From NCBI GenBank assembly GCA_050287085.1, contig JBNKBE010000001.1, positions 386,493-450,492 of the forward strand: 64,000 nucleotides of DNA, in the 5' to 3' direction. Of this stretch, positions 19,517 to 29,834 are shown piece after piece. The position numbers and the translations under genes are program-made. Each line of letters begins with the position of its first letter. The first letter of the stretch is position 1. The notes beneath the pieces are model-generated. The model was not told where the DNA came from. It searched no databases and was given only the letters and a program-made list of their open reading frames with translations. The DNA is from Polyangiaceae bacterium. Lineage in GTDB: Bacteria; Myxococcota_A; Polyangia; Polyangiales; Polyangiaceae.

Positions 19517-21652
19517 ATGCGTAGCTCCGCATCCGTCAGCGCCCGGAACCATTCTTTGCCATGGTACGTCGCGTTAGCCGCGACGATCACAGTCGCGCTG
19601 GCCTTCATCGCGGCCGGGCGCAACCATTCCGCCCAGCTAGCCCCGCTCACGCCGCAAGAACAAGCCCTTGTTCTCGCCTACGCTCGAGAGCGACTACAAG
19701 GAGTGACCCCTGCCCCCCTGCCGGAGCGGTTGAACACCCTCTGCGGCAAGCACGTGTTTGTTCACCTCTTCCAACACTCAAAACTCAACTATCTCTACGG
19801 CGTCTCGGACGTCGCCAAGAAGACCCCACTGTGTCTCCCGTCCGCGCTCGACCAAACGGTGGAGCGCCTGAAGGAGACTCGGTCCTGGGAAGCGTGGCGG
19901 AGCACTCTCGGAGATGCGCGCGTCGGCGTTTCCATCCGTACCACCGAGCTCCGTCCCGCTCGCCTCGTGTACGCGGAAAAACGAGACAAGATGAACGCCA
20001 TCGAGCGGCACCGCATCGGCTGGCGACTGCATAGCAACGACTTCAGTATCGGACACCACGGCTTATTCATTCAGACCGTGCACGACAGTAGCCCACAGCG
20101 CCATTGGGCGCCCCCCATTGAAGGAGTCGCTCGCGCCCACGGACGAGAAGACAATCAGGTTCATCTGCGAGCCTACACCGCCCATCACCTGAAGAAGCTC
20201 GGCATCAACCGAAGCGATAAACGGGAAGAGAAGCCCGAGGTCGATGCCTTCGCCTACGAAGCCTTCCTGATGCTCGAGCCTGGTACACCGGGCGAGCTCC
20301 CGCTAACGCCGATCCGTGGCAACCTGCCGGTACCTCGTTCTGACGCTGACCAGATCTGGGAAACCGCAACACACCTCACCGACTACCTCGTTCGCACGAT
20401 GGATCGCCGAGGTCGGTTTGACTACGAGTACTACGCCGACGGCGATCGGTCCTCGCGAGAATACAATATCGTCCGCCACGCTGGCACGACCTACAGTCTA
20501 CTCGTAAGCCATAACTATACGGGCGACGACCGTTACCTGAGCGCCGGACTACGGGCGAAGGACTACATGGTCGCCAATCTCAAGCACAAGAAGTATCAGG
20601 CCCTGCCCTACCACAGCGGGGCAGGCTCCATTCCCGTCCCCTTTCCTGAACCTGACGGCAGCATCAAGCTGCTCGCGCTCGAGATGGGGGGGCGAGCAAG
20701 CTTGGGTGCAACCGCACTGGCATTACTCGCCTTTGCGCAGATCCCCCCCGCGGCATTGGAATCGGCGGACGCAGAACGAATTCGCCAGATGGTCAACTTC
20801 ACGTGGTTCTTGCAGTGCGAGTCCGGCGGCTTCTATTCGGGATACCGGGAAGCCCTCAAAGGGAAATGTCCCGATCCGCAGCCCCTCTACTACCCGGGAG
20901 AGACGTTGCTCGCGCTCAACACGCTGTACCAGGTGAACCCTCATCCGGCACTGCTCGCGATCGCGGAGAAAAGCATCGGATTCGAGCTACAGCGTTTCTA
21001 TGATGGCACGTGGCCCGATCACTGGGTCATGCAGGCACTGAACCTGATGCAGCAAAACATGCCTCAGAAGGCCCAAATTGGGAGCTGGGCCGATGCTGCT
21101 CGTGAGATGGCGGACAAGTATGTAACCCAGCAGTACATGTCTGACCGTGACTACGCTGCGCATCCGCCGTTTCCTGAGTTTGATGGTGGACATCAAGCGT
21201 CGAAGGGGCCGCCCCGCAATACCCCTACCGGTAGCCGTTCGGAAGCTATTGCCGGCGTGTGGCGCCTTATGACAAGGACTGGCGACTCGCGGGAGGCAAC
21301 GCGCCTTGGTGATCACCTGCTGGCGGCCGCCCACTTCATCCGCGGCGAGATGTACCGCCCGGAAAACACCTACTACCTGCCCGATCCTGAGCAGGCCCTG
21401 TGGGGGCTTCGCGGCTCGATGATCGATCCAACAGTGCGCATTGACTTCAATCAGCATGCGCTGGTTGGAGTGTGGGGCGCTTGGGAGGTGGCAATCGAGC
21501 GAGGCGGCGTGGGCTGGCCGCTCCCCTTTGGGGAAGAAGCTGAGCAACTTGAGGTTCGCGCTCGCGCGGGCGAACTGATCACTCACCGCCGGACGAGCCT
21601 TCCCTCGCCGGCAGGCACTCAGGCAAAGCCGACCGGCACGACGGAAGAATAG
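19517..21652 (+). CDS. Membrane-anchored protein with AMMECR1-like N-domain and alpha/alpha-barrel C-domain
   Basis: N-terminal TM helix. LAYARERL...VFVHL...GHHGLFI resembles AMMECR1. GRFDYEY...YNIVRHAGTTYSL, YYPGETLLAL, DHW and VRIDFNQH mark a helical-repeat enzyme domain. Confidence 0.7.
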   Translation: MRSSASVSARNHSLPWYVALAATITVALAFIAAGRNHSAQLAPLTPQEQALVLAYARERLQGVTPAPLPERLNTLCGKHVFVHLFQHSKLNYLYGVSDVAKKTPLCLPSALDQTVERLKETRSWEAWRSTLGDARVGVSIRTTELRPARLVYAEKRDKMNAIERHRIGWRLHSNDFSIGHHGLFIQTVHDSSPQRHWAPPIEGVARAHGREDNQVHLRAYTAHHLKKLGINRSDKREEKPEVDAFAYEAFLMLEPGTPGELPLTPIRGNLPVPRSDADQIWETATHLTDYLVRTMDRRGRFDYEYYADGDRSSREYNIVRHAGTTYSLLVSHNYTGDDRYLSAGLRAKDYMVANLKHKKYQALPYHSGAGSIPVPFPEPDGSIKLLALEMGGRASLGATALALLAFAQIPPAALESADAERIRQMVNFTWFLQCESGGFYSGYREALKGKCPDPQPLYYPGETLLALNTLYQVNPHPALLAIAEKSIGFELQRFYDGTWPDHWVMQALNLMQQNMPQKAQIGSWADAAREMADKYVTQQYMSDRDYAAHPPFPEFDGGHQASKGPPRNTPTGSRSEAIAGVWRLMTRTGDSREATRLGDHLLAAAHFIRGEMYRPENTYYLPDPEQALWGLRGSMIDPTVRIDFNQHALVGVWGAWEVAIERGGVGWPLPFGEEAEQLEVRARAGELITHRRTSLPSPAGTQAKPTGTTEE

Positions 21653-21668
21653 ACTTCCAGGGGTGTCG

Positions 21669-22337
21669 CTATGCCCGCCGCCGCGCGAGTAGCAGGCCAT
21701 CTCCGACCGGGATCAGGCTAGCGTGAACCCGCCCATCCGCCATGACCCGCGCATTGAGGCGCCTAAGATGCTCGGTATCAGCGTCATCGGAAGGGGAACC
21801 TGGGGCCGCCGCCACGCGTCCGTCCCACAGAGCGTTGTCGAAGAGAATCAATCCACCGGGACGCACGAGCCGAAGGCATCGCTCGTAGTAGTCGGCATAG
21901 CCCCCTTTGTCGGCGTCGATAAACGCAAGGTCAAAGGCTTCGACATCCGCCGCGATCAATTCGTCGAGCGTATCCAGAGCCGGCCCGAGGCGCAGTTCGA
22001 CGCGCCCTTCCAGTCCAGCACGTTGCCAGTAGCGTCGGGCAACTTGCGTCCACTCTTCGCTGATGTCGCAGGCAACCAGCTTTCCCTCTGGTCCAAGAGA
22101 AGATGCAAGGCAGATTGAACTGTAGCCGGTGTACACTCCGATTTCTAGGGCGCGCCGGGCACCCATGAGCTCGGTCAACACTTGCATGAATCGCCCCTGA
22201 TCGACTCCAATCTGCATGTTCGCGCCGCGCATCGTCGCGGTCTCAGCGCGCAAGGCCGTGAGGTACTCGGGTTCGTCGATCACCGCATCGGATAGATACG
22301 CGGCAACGTCGTCGTCGATAAAAACGCTCCGTCTCAC
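21669..22337 (-). CDS. Class I SAM-dependent O-methyltransferase (CCoAOMT/COMT-like)
   Basis: MQIGVDQG, LEIGVYTGYS, FDLAFIDADK, GGLILFDNALW, PVGDGL. Confidence 0.93.
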   Translation of the reverse strand: MRRSVFIDDDVAAYLSDAVIDEPEYLTALRAETATMRGANMQIGVDQGRFMQVLTELMGARRALEIGVYTGYSSICLASSLGPEGKLVACDISEEWTQVARRYWQRAGLEGRVELRLGPALDTLDELIAADVEAFDLAFIDADKGGYADYYERCLRLVRPGGLILFDNALWDGRVAAAPGSPSDDADTEHLRRLNARVMADGRVHASLIPVGDGLLLARRRA

Positions 22338-22397
22338 GGCGCAAGCCTAGCCCATACGAACGCTCGACGCGAGAGAAGTCAGCAGCGCCTCGTCACG

Positions 22398-23063
22398 CTA
22401 GCAGCCGGCGCCCATCGCCCTTTCGAGCTGGCCGAAAGGATCGAATAGGTAGCGCACGATCACCCGCGGTCGGGGCGACAGCGATTCACTCCAAAGAAGA
22501 GCGCGGTAGCGCGCCTCTCCCAATAGCAGCCCCGCAAGGGGCGTGAAGACGAGGTCGATGGCACTGGGGCGCACGGCGCTCCCCTCCAATAGGTATTCCC
22601 AGGCCGCACTGGCGGTTGTCGCCAGTGCCAGACTGGGTGCAACGCCCAGCTCGCAGCTGCGTCCCCTCAGATAGAGTTCGCTGCCCAGAAGCCCGTGACC
22701 TACGACGTTGATCTGCCACCGGTCGCCATCCCACTCGAAGGGAGCGCGACTCGCGTCCCACTTCGGCGCGACAGTAAAAGCCTGCTCATAGGCTCTGCCC
22801 ACGACCGCAAGGCGCACGTCCGCAAACGGGTTGGGCCATAACCAAGCCTCAGTCGTGCGCAGCGTCAGCAGCAGTACCAAGTCGTGGGTCACGGGGATGT
22901 CCCAACGCGGGGAGGGAGCAAGCGGCCCCCCTTCGCTCAACGGATAGGTCGCGCGAAGAGCCCACGCGGGGATCTCGGTGGCAGGTTCCCCTTCCTCAGC
23001 ACTGGCGACCGAGGGCGCGCCCCACAACGTGGTGCTCAAACTCATAAGTGACGCGCTCAACAA
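22398..23063 (-). CDS. DUF3943-domain protein
   Basis: WDGDRWQINVVGH...GS..Y...R, WEYLLE..AVRPS..DL..TP..G...GE. Signal-like N-terminus. Start placed after the thiolase stop (GGAAGG SD). Confidence 0.75.
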   Translation of the reverse strand: MLSASLMSLSTTLWGAPSVASAEEGEPATEIPAWALRATYPLSEGGPLAPSPRWDIPVTHDLVLLLTLRTTEAWLWPNPFADVRLAVVGRAYEQAFTVAPKWDASRAPFEWDGDRWQINVVGHGLLGSELYLRGRSCELGVAPSLALATTASAAWEYLLEGSAVRPSAIDLVFTPLAGLLLGEARYRALLWSESLSPRPRVIVRYLFDPFGQLERAMGAGC

Positions 23064-23082
23064 GCGCGCCCCTTCCGCTCGC

Positions 23083-24258
23083 CTAGTTCGGAATCTCGAA
23101 CAAGCCAGCCGCACCCATGCCACCCCCGATGCACATCGAGACAATCCCCAAGCGCCCCCCTCGGCGACGCAGCTCCGCGACCAGCGTGGCCGTGAGCTTG
23201 GCACCCGTGCATCCGAGCGGGTGACCCAGGGCGATGGCTCCACCGTTGACATTGAGTCGTTCGTCATCAATGCCCAACTCACGCTGACAGTACACGGCCT
23301 GTGCTGCAAACGCTTCGTTGATCTCAAACAGATCAACATCTGCCACGGTGAGCCCCACCTTTGTGAGCAGCTTGCGAATTGCAGGTACCGGTCCGATGCC
23401 CATGATGTCCGGCTCGACACCAACGACAGCGTACGCGCGCAGCAGGGCCAACGGCGTTACCCCCAATGCTTTGGCCCGCTCCGCCGACAACAACACGGCG
23501 GCCGCAGCGCCATCACTGAGCGGGGAAGCGTTGCCCGCTGTGACACTTCCCTTGTTCCGAAAGGCAGGTCGGAGCGATGCCAAGCCGTCCAAGGTCGTGT
23601 CTGCCCGCGGGCATTCATCGACGGCGAAAGGCGTGAATTGCTCCCCCTTCGGGCCAAAGCTGCGAGCCATGACCGGCACGATCTCATCGGCAAATCTTCC
23701 GCTCTCAACCGCCGCTTGCGCACGCTGCTGAGAACGCGCGGCAAACGCGTCCTGGGCCTCGCGCGAGACGCCAAAGCGCTCAGCTACCCGTTCCGCGGTA
23801 TGTCCCATCGCAATGTAGGCTTCCGGCATCGCATCGAAGAGAGCTGGATTGAGACTGATCTTGTTGCCGCCCATTGGGACCAGGGACATGGACTCAACCC
23901 CGCCTGCGACCGCGACATCGATCAGGCCGGCCTCGATCGCTAGTCCGGCGTGCACGATCGCCTGCAATCCGCTGGAACAGAAACGATTCACGGTCTCGCC
24001 AGGAACCGACGGCGGCCACCCCGCCCTCAGAATCACGTTGCGAGCAATGTTCCACCCTTGCTCCGCCTCAGGCATCGCGCAGCCAAGCACAACGTCCTCG
24101 ATAGCGGCTGGTTCAACCTGGGGGACACGTTCGAGCGCCCCCTTGAAGACGTCGGCCGCCATATCCTCGGGGCGGGTATTGGCCAGGCTCCCTTTCAGCG
24201 CTCGCCCAACGGCACTTCGTACCGAACTCGCTACAACCACATTCAACGGGAATTGCAT
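23083..24258 (-). CDS. fadA: Acetyl-CoA C-acyltransferase (thiolase)
   Basis: NRFCSSGLQA, GGVESMS, NEAFA, GHPLG, CIGGG. Confidence 0.95.
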   Translation of the reverse strand: MQFPLNVVVASSVRSAVGRALKGSLANTRPEDMAADVFKGALERVPQVEPAAIEDVVLGCAMPEAEQGWNIARNVILRAGWPPSVPGETVNRFCSSGLQAIVHAGLAIEAGLIDVAVAGGVESMSLVPMGGNKISLNPALFDAMPEAYIAMGHTAERVAERFGVSREAQDAFAARSQQRAQAAVESGRFADEIVPVMARSFGPKGEQFTPFAVDECPRADTTLDGLASLRPAFRNKGSVTAGNASPLSDGAAAAVLLSAERAKALGVTPLALLRAYAVVGVEPDIMGIGPVPAIRKLLTKVGLTVADVDLFEINEAFAAQAVYCQRELGIDDERLNVNGGAIALGHPLGCTGAKLTATLVAELRRRGGRLGIVSMCIGGGMGAAGLFEIPN

Positions 24259-24259
24259 A

Positions 24260-26629
24260 CTAGTTCCTCAGCACCTTTCCGGTCTTGAGCATGTGCGCGA
24301 TTCGCTCATGAGTCTTCTTCTCCCCGCACAATTGCAAGAAAGCCTCTCTTTCCAACTCCAGAAAGTGCTGTTCGTCGTGCAGCGAGCCTGCGGCGACGCG
24401 ACCTCCACAAAGAATATGCGCCACCTTGCCCGCAATCAACGCGTCATGAGGGGACGCCCAGCGGCCTTCCACCATGCCCCAGATGCGCGCGCCAATGGTC
24501 TTTGCCGCATCGTAGCCCGCGGCCTTGAGCAGAAGAGGTTGCGGCGGCCGATATCCGGCGCGTGCCATCCCGAGCGCTCGTGCCTTGGCCTCGAATAAGA
24601 GGAAGTCCCGATTGGGGGAAATGCCGTCCGCAGGCCGCAGGTAGCGCAGCTGGCGGGCCTCCTCAGCGCTGCTCGAAACCCTGGCCATGGCGATATTGAG
24701 CGAGGCCTGCGCGATGGCCGGCAGCAGGTCGGCGCCCTCGATGTCACTGATGGGTGCAGAGAAGCGCTCGACGAGACGTAGACAACCACAACCCGCCGGC
24801 ACCAACCCAACGCCCACTTCCACCAGGCCCATGTAGGTCTCCGCGTGGGCCTGAGTGGCATCGCTCGCCATGGCGAGCTCGGCGCCACCTCCAAGCGTGT
24901 ACTGGCACGGCGCGGAGACAACCGGAACACCGCAATAGCGGAGTCGCTGCAAGGCCTGCTGCAGCCCAGCGATGATGGAGTCGATCTCATCCCATCTCCC
25001 AGCCTGCGCCGCTCCTGCAATCATCGCCAGATTCGCGCCAGCGCTGAAGTGCTCGCTGTCATTGCCCACCACAATGGCCTCGAACGTTCCCTCCGCGATA
25101 CTCACTGCCTCATCCACCATGGCGATGACGTCGGCATCGATTGTGTTCATCTTGGTGTGCAGCTCGAGCCCCAACACCCCGTCTCCCAGATCGAGCAATG
25201 ACGCACCCGAATTGCTACGCACAACGGCCCCGGACTGCGCGCGCGCGCGCTGGCACGTCAGCGAACGTGGATGCACGATGAGCTCGCGCGACGTCTCCTC
25301 GCTAGGATCATAGAACGACGTGCCAGAGTCAGACTGCGTGTAGAACGTCTGTTGCCCCGACGCCAGCATGCGATGGATCCACTCTGGAACAGCCACCCCC
25401 GTGGCCACCATGCGCTCAGTCGTGGCCGCCACGCCGAGCGCGTCCCACAGCTCAAATGGTCCCAGCTCCCAGTTGAACCCCCAACGCATCGCGCGATCGA
25501 TGTTCACCACATCATCGGCTATCTTGCCCACCAGCGATGCCGCGTAGGTCAAGGTTCTGGCCACAACCCCCCAGGCAAAGCGCCCCCCCGCATCATCGGA
25601 CTCGACCAGCGCTCTGACGCTGTCTGCTGGGCTACCCGCTTTCTTTGCGGCCGCTAGACAGGGAAAGTCCGGCTGGACCGGTGCGCGATACGCGCCGCTG
25701 GCCACGTCCAAGACCTCGATCACCTTACCCACTTTGCGATAGAAGCCACGCCCGGCCTTACGCCCCAGCGCACCAGCGCGTTGCAACTCGAGCATTAGGT
25801 TTGGGACCTCAAACACGTCCCGCTCTGGATCGTCCGACAACGAATCGTAGCAGTTCTGCGCGACGTGAATCAGCGTGTCGAGACCCACGACATCCGCCAG
25901 CTGAAATGTACCTGACTTGGGCCGCGCCATCGCACGCCCCGTCAGCGCGTCAACCTCCTCTATGCTCAGCCCCTCCTCCAACATGCGCCGGAGCGTGACC
26001 ATCATCGAGTAGACGCCAATACGGTTGGCAACGAAGTTGGTGGTGTCTTTGCCGAAGACAATGCCTTTGCCGAGAAACTCACCAAAGCGCACCATGCGTG
26101 CCACCACTTCGGGATCGGTCACCGGCCCCGGTACCACTTCCAGGAGATGCATGTAGCGGACCGGATTGAAGAAATGCATCACAACAAAGCGCTCCTGAAG
26201 TGCGCTTGGCAGCACGCCATTCATCGCAGCTATACTGAGGCCGCTGGTATTGGACGCGAGCACGGCGGCCTCCCCAACGTGGGGAGCAATGCGCTCGAAA
26301 AGCGACTGCTTGAGTTTCAGGCTTTCCGGAATGGCCTCAATGATCAAGTCGCAATCAGCGATGCGTGCCAGGTGGTCCTCCAAGTTGCCAACACGCACCA
26401 GGCGAGCTGCTTCAGGCACGAAGAAAGCCGCCGGCTTTGCCTTCAGTGCTCGGGCGAGCCCTCCGGACGCCACCCCACTGCGCTCCTTGGGGGGCGCATC
26501 GGCCGACATCCCATCCGGCACGATGTCGAGCAACTCCACCTCAATGCCTATGCCCGCCACGTGCGCGGCAATAGCCCCACCCATCACGCCGGAACCGATG
26601 ACGCAGACCTTATTGATACCCTCAGCCAT
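24260..26629 (-). CDS. fadN: 3-hydroxyacyl-CoA dehydrogenase / enoyl-CoA hydratase (FadN-type)
   Basis: GSGVMG, SNTSGL, HFFNPVRYM, C-terminal crotonase domain (FSAGANL, GGGAE, GLVEVGVG) and TGKVLRN. Ends 1 bp before the thiolase. Confidence 0.93.
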   Translation of the reverse strand: MAEGINKVCVIGSGVMGGAIAAHVAGIGIEVELLDIVPDGMSADAPPKERSGVASGGLARALKAKPAAFFVPEAARLVRVGNLEDHLARIADCDLIIEAIPESLKLKQSLFERIAPHVGEAAVLASNTSGLSIAAMNGVLPSALQERFVVMHFFNPVRYMHLLEVVPGPVTDPEVVARMVRFGEFLGKGIVFGKDTTNFVANRIGVYSMMVTLRRMLEEGLSIEEVDALTGRAMARPKSGTFQLADVVGLDTLIHVAQNCYDSLSDDPERDVFEVPNLMLELQRAGALGRKAGRGFYRKVGKVIEVLDVASGAYRAPVQPDFPCLAAAKKAGSPADSVRALVESDDAGGRFAWGVVARTLTYAASLVGKIADDVVNIDRAMRWGFNWELGPFELWDALGVAATTERMVATGVAVPEWIHRMLASGQQTFYTQSDSGTSFYDPSEETSRELIVHPRSLTCQRARAQSGAVVRSNSGASLLDLGDGVLGLELHTKMNTIDADVIAMVDEAVSIAEGTFEAIVVGNDSEHFSAGANLAMIAGAAQAGRWDEIDSIIAGLQQALQRLRYCGVPVVSAPCQYTLGGGAELAMASDATQAHAETYMGLVEVGVGLVPAGCGCLRLVERFSAPISDIEGADLLPAIAQASLNIAMARVSSSAEEARQLRYLRPADGISPNRDFLLFEAKARALGMARAGYRPPQPLLLKAAGYDAAKTIGARIWGMVEGRWASPHDALIAGKVAHILCGGRVAAGSLHDEQHFLELEREAFLQLCGEKKTHERIAHMLKTGKVLRN

Positions 26630-26805
26630 GAACCTTCCTCGCGGACTTTCTCCGGACACGGCGGGTGTCCATGACCAAAATAGTAGGACCTGACGCTGGT
26701 GGACGCCAGGCGACGGTCGCGAAAGAGGTAAAGATGTGACGAGCGGGACGGGAAAACGCCTTGCGAATGCCTTCGCCCGGCCGACCGCGCAACCGCCGCT
26801 TGTAG

Positions 26806-28116
26806 CTAACTACCCGCGTAGCGTTGTTCTAGCTGAGAGAGCCGTCGCAAGATATCGGCGCGAGCCGGCTCCTGACGCACGAGCAACTGCAATACCATGC
26901 CCAACACGCTCTTGGCGTCTTCATACTCACCCAAGGACTCCAGGCGGTCGCAAGCTCGAAAGGCAAACTTGCAAGCCGCGCTTGCCCCCACTTCCTGCTG
27001 GCCCGCAGTGTACATCGCCGATGCCGCTCGCAAGCCCTGATAGAGCAGCGACATGTACAGCGAGCCATCCTCCCGTTCCGAAGCCGCCACCGCCTGTCGC
27101 TCCAAGCTGAGCAAGTGGCGAAACTGCGCCCCCGCATTGAGCTCTTCCTCTCGCTGACGCGAATTATAGATTGGAGCCGGAGTGTTGGCTGGCTCAGGAT
27201 AGATCGAGCGACGAGCATCCATGCTGGGCGCGTCGCTCGATCGACTCACAGTCAAGGCGATACCAAGGGCGCGAGAAAATACCCGAGCGCTAGAATAGCG
27301 CCGAGCCGGGTCCGGATCCGTCGCCCGACGCACCACATCGGCGAGCACGTCCGGAATGTCCCTGTCCGGCGCGGCAGCGATGGGGTCTAGCGGACGCGTG
27401 TCTTTGCGCAGCTCCAACACCTCGGCGATGGAATCTGCGTCAAAGGGTCGCTTGCCCGTTAGCATTTCATAGAGCACCGCCCCGGCGGAATAGAGGTCCG
27501 ACGCGAACGTAGCACTATGGCCCTGCACTTGTTCGGGCGCCATGTACTGGGGCGCGCCGATGACACGTCCGGGTTCCGTCAGCGCCTGCCTCGCTGACGG
27601 ATGACGGGCAACCCCAAAATCGATGAGTTTGCACACCTCGCCGCCTGGGCGCGGCTCGAGGATGACATTGCTCGGCGACACGTCGCGGTGCACAACGCCG
27701 GCCAAATGCGCATGATTGAGCGCGGCCAACAACTGCTGAGCGATAGCTCCCGCTTGCACCGGGCTGAGACGTGTGTAGGGCAGAGTCGAGGCCAGACTCG
27801 GCCCCGCCAAGAACTCCATCACGATAAATGGAGGCTCGCTCGGCTCGTGGGTGATGGCGGAAAAGCCGAAGTCGTAGATGGTGACGACGTTTTCGTGGTT
27901 CAGACGGGCGCCAACGCGCGCCTCTGCGGTGAAACGTTGCACCATCTCCGGGACCGCGGCGAAATGCGGATGCATGGTCTTGAGAGCCACGATCCGATCG
28001 AGAGCCACATGGCGACCGCGATAAACGGAGCCCATCGCACCGACCCCAACCAGCTCTTCGACGAGGTAGCGCTGGGCGAGTGTTGAGCCAGGACGAGCAT
28101 CTGCTGTGATTCTCAT
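26806..28116 (-). CDS. Ser/Thr protein kinase (Hanks type) with helical C-terminal region
   Basis: GVGAMGSV, VALK, HRDVSPSN, DFG, YMAPE, DLYSAG. Confidence 0.93.
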   Translation of the reverse strand: MRITADARPGSTLAQRYLVEELVGVGAMGSVYRGRHVALDRIVALKTMHPHFAAVPEMVQRFTAEARVGARLNHENVVTIYDFGFSAITHEPSEPPFIVMEFLAGPSLASTLPYTRLSPVQAGAIAQQLLAALNHAHLAGVVHRDVSPSNVILEPRPGGEVCKLIDFGVARHPSARQALTEPGRVIGAPQYMAPEQVQGHSATFASDLYSAGAVLYEMLTGKRPFDADSIAEVLELRKDTRPLDPIAAAPDRDIPDVLADVVRRATDPDPARRYSSARVFSRALGIALTVSRSSDAPSMDARRSIYPEPANTPAPIYNSRQREEELNAGAQFRHLLSLERQAVAASEREDGSLYMSLLYQGLRAASAMYTAGQQEVGASAACKFAFRACDRLESLGEYEDAKSVLGMVLQLLVRQEPARADILRRLSQLEQRYAGS

Positions 28117-28539
28117 GGGCGTTGCACGAGTTGGACCGGGAGAGGTCGACGAAACCTGTGTCCATTAACGACGGCACAATCGGTGTATCCGTTGCGTCCT
28201 GCGTCAGTTCGACCTGGGCCGGTGACCCGATGGCCCCACCGTAAGACATCGCCTTACATATAGAAGCGGAGCGAGAATGCACAGCACATCAGACCCTTGG
28301 CCTGCCGGTCAGCTCCCCACAACCCCCGTCTGGTCCGGCAAACCCAAAGAGTTCCGCGCCCTCAAGTGGCCACTCTGCGCACTTTTTTCATGGCCCCAAT
28401 AGAGAAGGGCCACATCCCGAAAGATGTAGCCCTCTTGTGGCGCCCAGCGGGCGGCGGTCTGCCACCGCATCTCAACAGCTCAAGCGCACCCCAGCCTAGC
28501 GACAGCTCCACTGAGCCCATCGCCAGCGCCTTCACGTCA

Positions 28540-28902
28540 TCAGCCCTTGTCGAACTCCCAAACGAAAGTTGCATCTCCTTCGCGCTCGTCGGGTGGATCG
28601 AGCACGAGACCGCTGAGAGCGTCTACGATACACGTTCCAAGAGCAGGGGGAGCACTGCTTTCAGGTAGCACCATGGCTTCTTTGATGACGCCGGTCTCCG
28701 GCTCCACGCTGAAGTGAACGATCACCTTACCCGAAAGATCCTTGTTCTTCTTGAGTTCGGCGTCGTAGCAAGCCTTGATGTCGGCATTGCGCGTCTCGAG
28801 CACGGCACGGGTGTCGTGCTTGTAGTCCTCGGGGCCGCGAGCCATGTACGTACAGGCCACGGAGGAGAGCCCAAAGGCCAGCAGAGTAGCTATGCGTCTC
28901 AT
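28540..28902 (-). CDS. AgmX/PglI C-terminal (TonB-C-like) domain lipoprotein
   Basis: SVAC lipobox, IKACYDAELK.N..LSGKV.V.F.V...G, LGTCI. TAATG overlap with the upstream OmpA gene. Confidence 0.8.
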   Translation of the reverse strand: MRRIATLLAFGLSSVACTYMARGPEDYKHDTRAVLETRNADIKACYDAELKKNKDLSGKVIVHFSVEPETGVIKEAMVLPESSAPPALGTCIVDALSGLVLDPPDEREGDATFVWEFDKG

Positions 28903-29531
28903 TATTGGGCCTCCAGCTTCTTGGTCTCAACGACCTGTTCTTTGCCCGTCTTTGGATCGATCTCGACCTTCTTCTGGGTGACGTCCTGCTTGACCACGTT
29001 GAACTCAACGCGGCGATTCTTCTCGCGAGCCCGCTCCAAGGAGTCGCCCTCAAGTCCGTCTTCGGAGACCAGCGGCCGTGTTTCGCCATAACCCTTGGCG
29101 CTAAGACGATCCGCTGCGATCCCGACCTTCTCGGTCAGGTAGAGCATCACGGCTTTCGCCCGAAGGTCCGAAAGCTTCATGTTGTGCTCGTCAGCGCCTT
29201 CAGAGCTTGCGTGCCCCTCGATGGCGATCTTCTTGACGTGCGGGTTGTCCTGGATGACCTTTCCGATCTCGTCCATCAAGCTGAAGGACTGCTGGAGAAT
29301 CTTGGCATCGTTATAGGCGAACTGGATCTTCTCGTTAAAGACGATCTTGTTGTCGCGCAACTCAACGCGCTTCGGCGTTACAGGCTCGGGTGGCGGTGGC
29401 GGCGGCGGCGTTCCCACGATCGCAATGGCGGACGTGTCGTTAAACGCTATGACCCCACCACAAGCGGACGCAACGAGAGCCCCCACACCGGCGCTTCCCA
29501 GAAGGATTCCGCGTGTTATCAACGGTCTCAT
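28902..29531 (-). CDS. OmpA-family lipoprotein
   Basis: ASAC lipobox, poly-Pro linker, IQFAYNDAKI, IEGHAS, LSDLRAKAV, GYGETRP, NRRVEF. Confidence 0.9.
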   Translation of the reverse strand: MRPLITRGILLGSAGVGALVASACGGVIAFNDTSAIAIVGTPPPPPPPEPVTPKRVELRDNKIVFNEKIQFAYNDAKILQQSFSLMDEIGKVIQDNPHVKKIAIEGHASSEGADEHNMKLSDLRAKAVMLYLTEKVGIAADRLSAKGYGETRPLVSEDGLEGDSLERAREKNRRVEFNVVKQDVTQKKVEIDPKTGKEQVVETKKLEAQ

Positions 29532-29834
29532 ACTCACCTCTTCAAATGCGCCCCCAATTAGGCGACTGCCCGGGTGGTGCTAAAATACGCCAGCGCCGTC
29601 AATACAAACCTGGTGGCAGAGCGGCCGCGTGACGCGCTGGTCCGATGCTACTGGCTCAGATTCGGGAGATCCTTGACAGGGAGACGGTTCCGCTTCTGCT
29701 AAAACCGGAAACTCCGTCGCCGGCTAGAACAGGGGCACGAGCAGCACTTCATTAAGCGCTTCAAATAAGCCTCGATGACAGGGAAGACCCTGCCCGACCG
29801 CGGCGTATCAGCGCAGCCCGAAGCCTTCCCAGAC

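Noticed and set aside
23064..23423. N-terminal extension of the 341-aa ORF 22398..23423
   Set aside because: It overlaps the thiolase in another frame. The signal-like sequence and SD indicate a start just after the thiolase stop.
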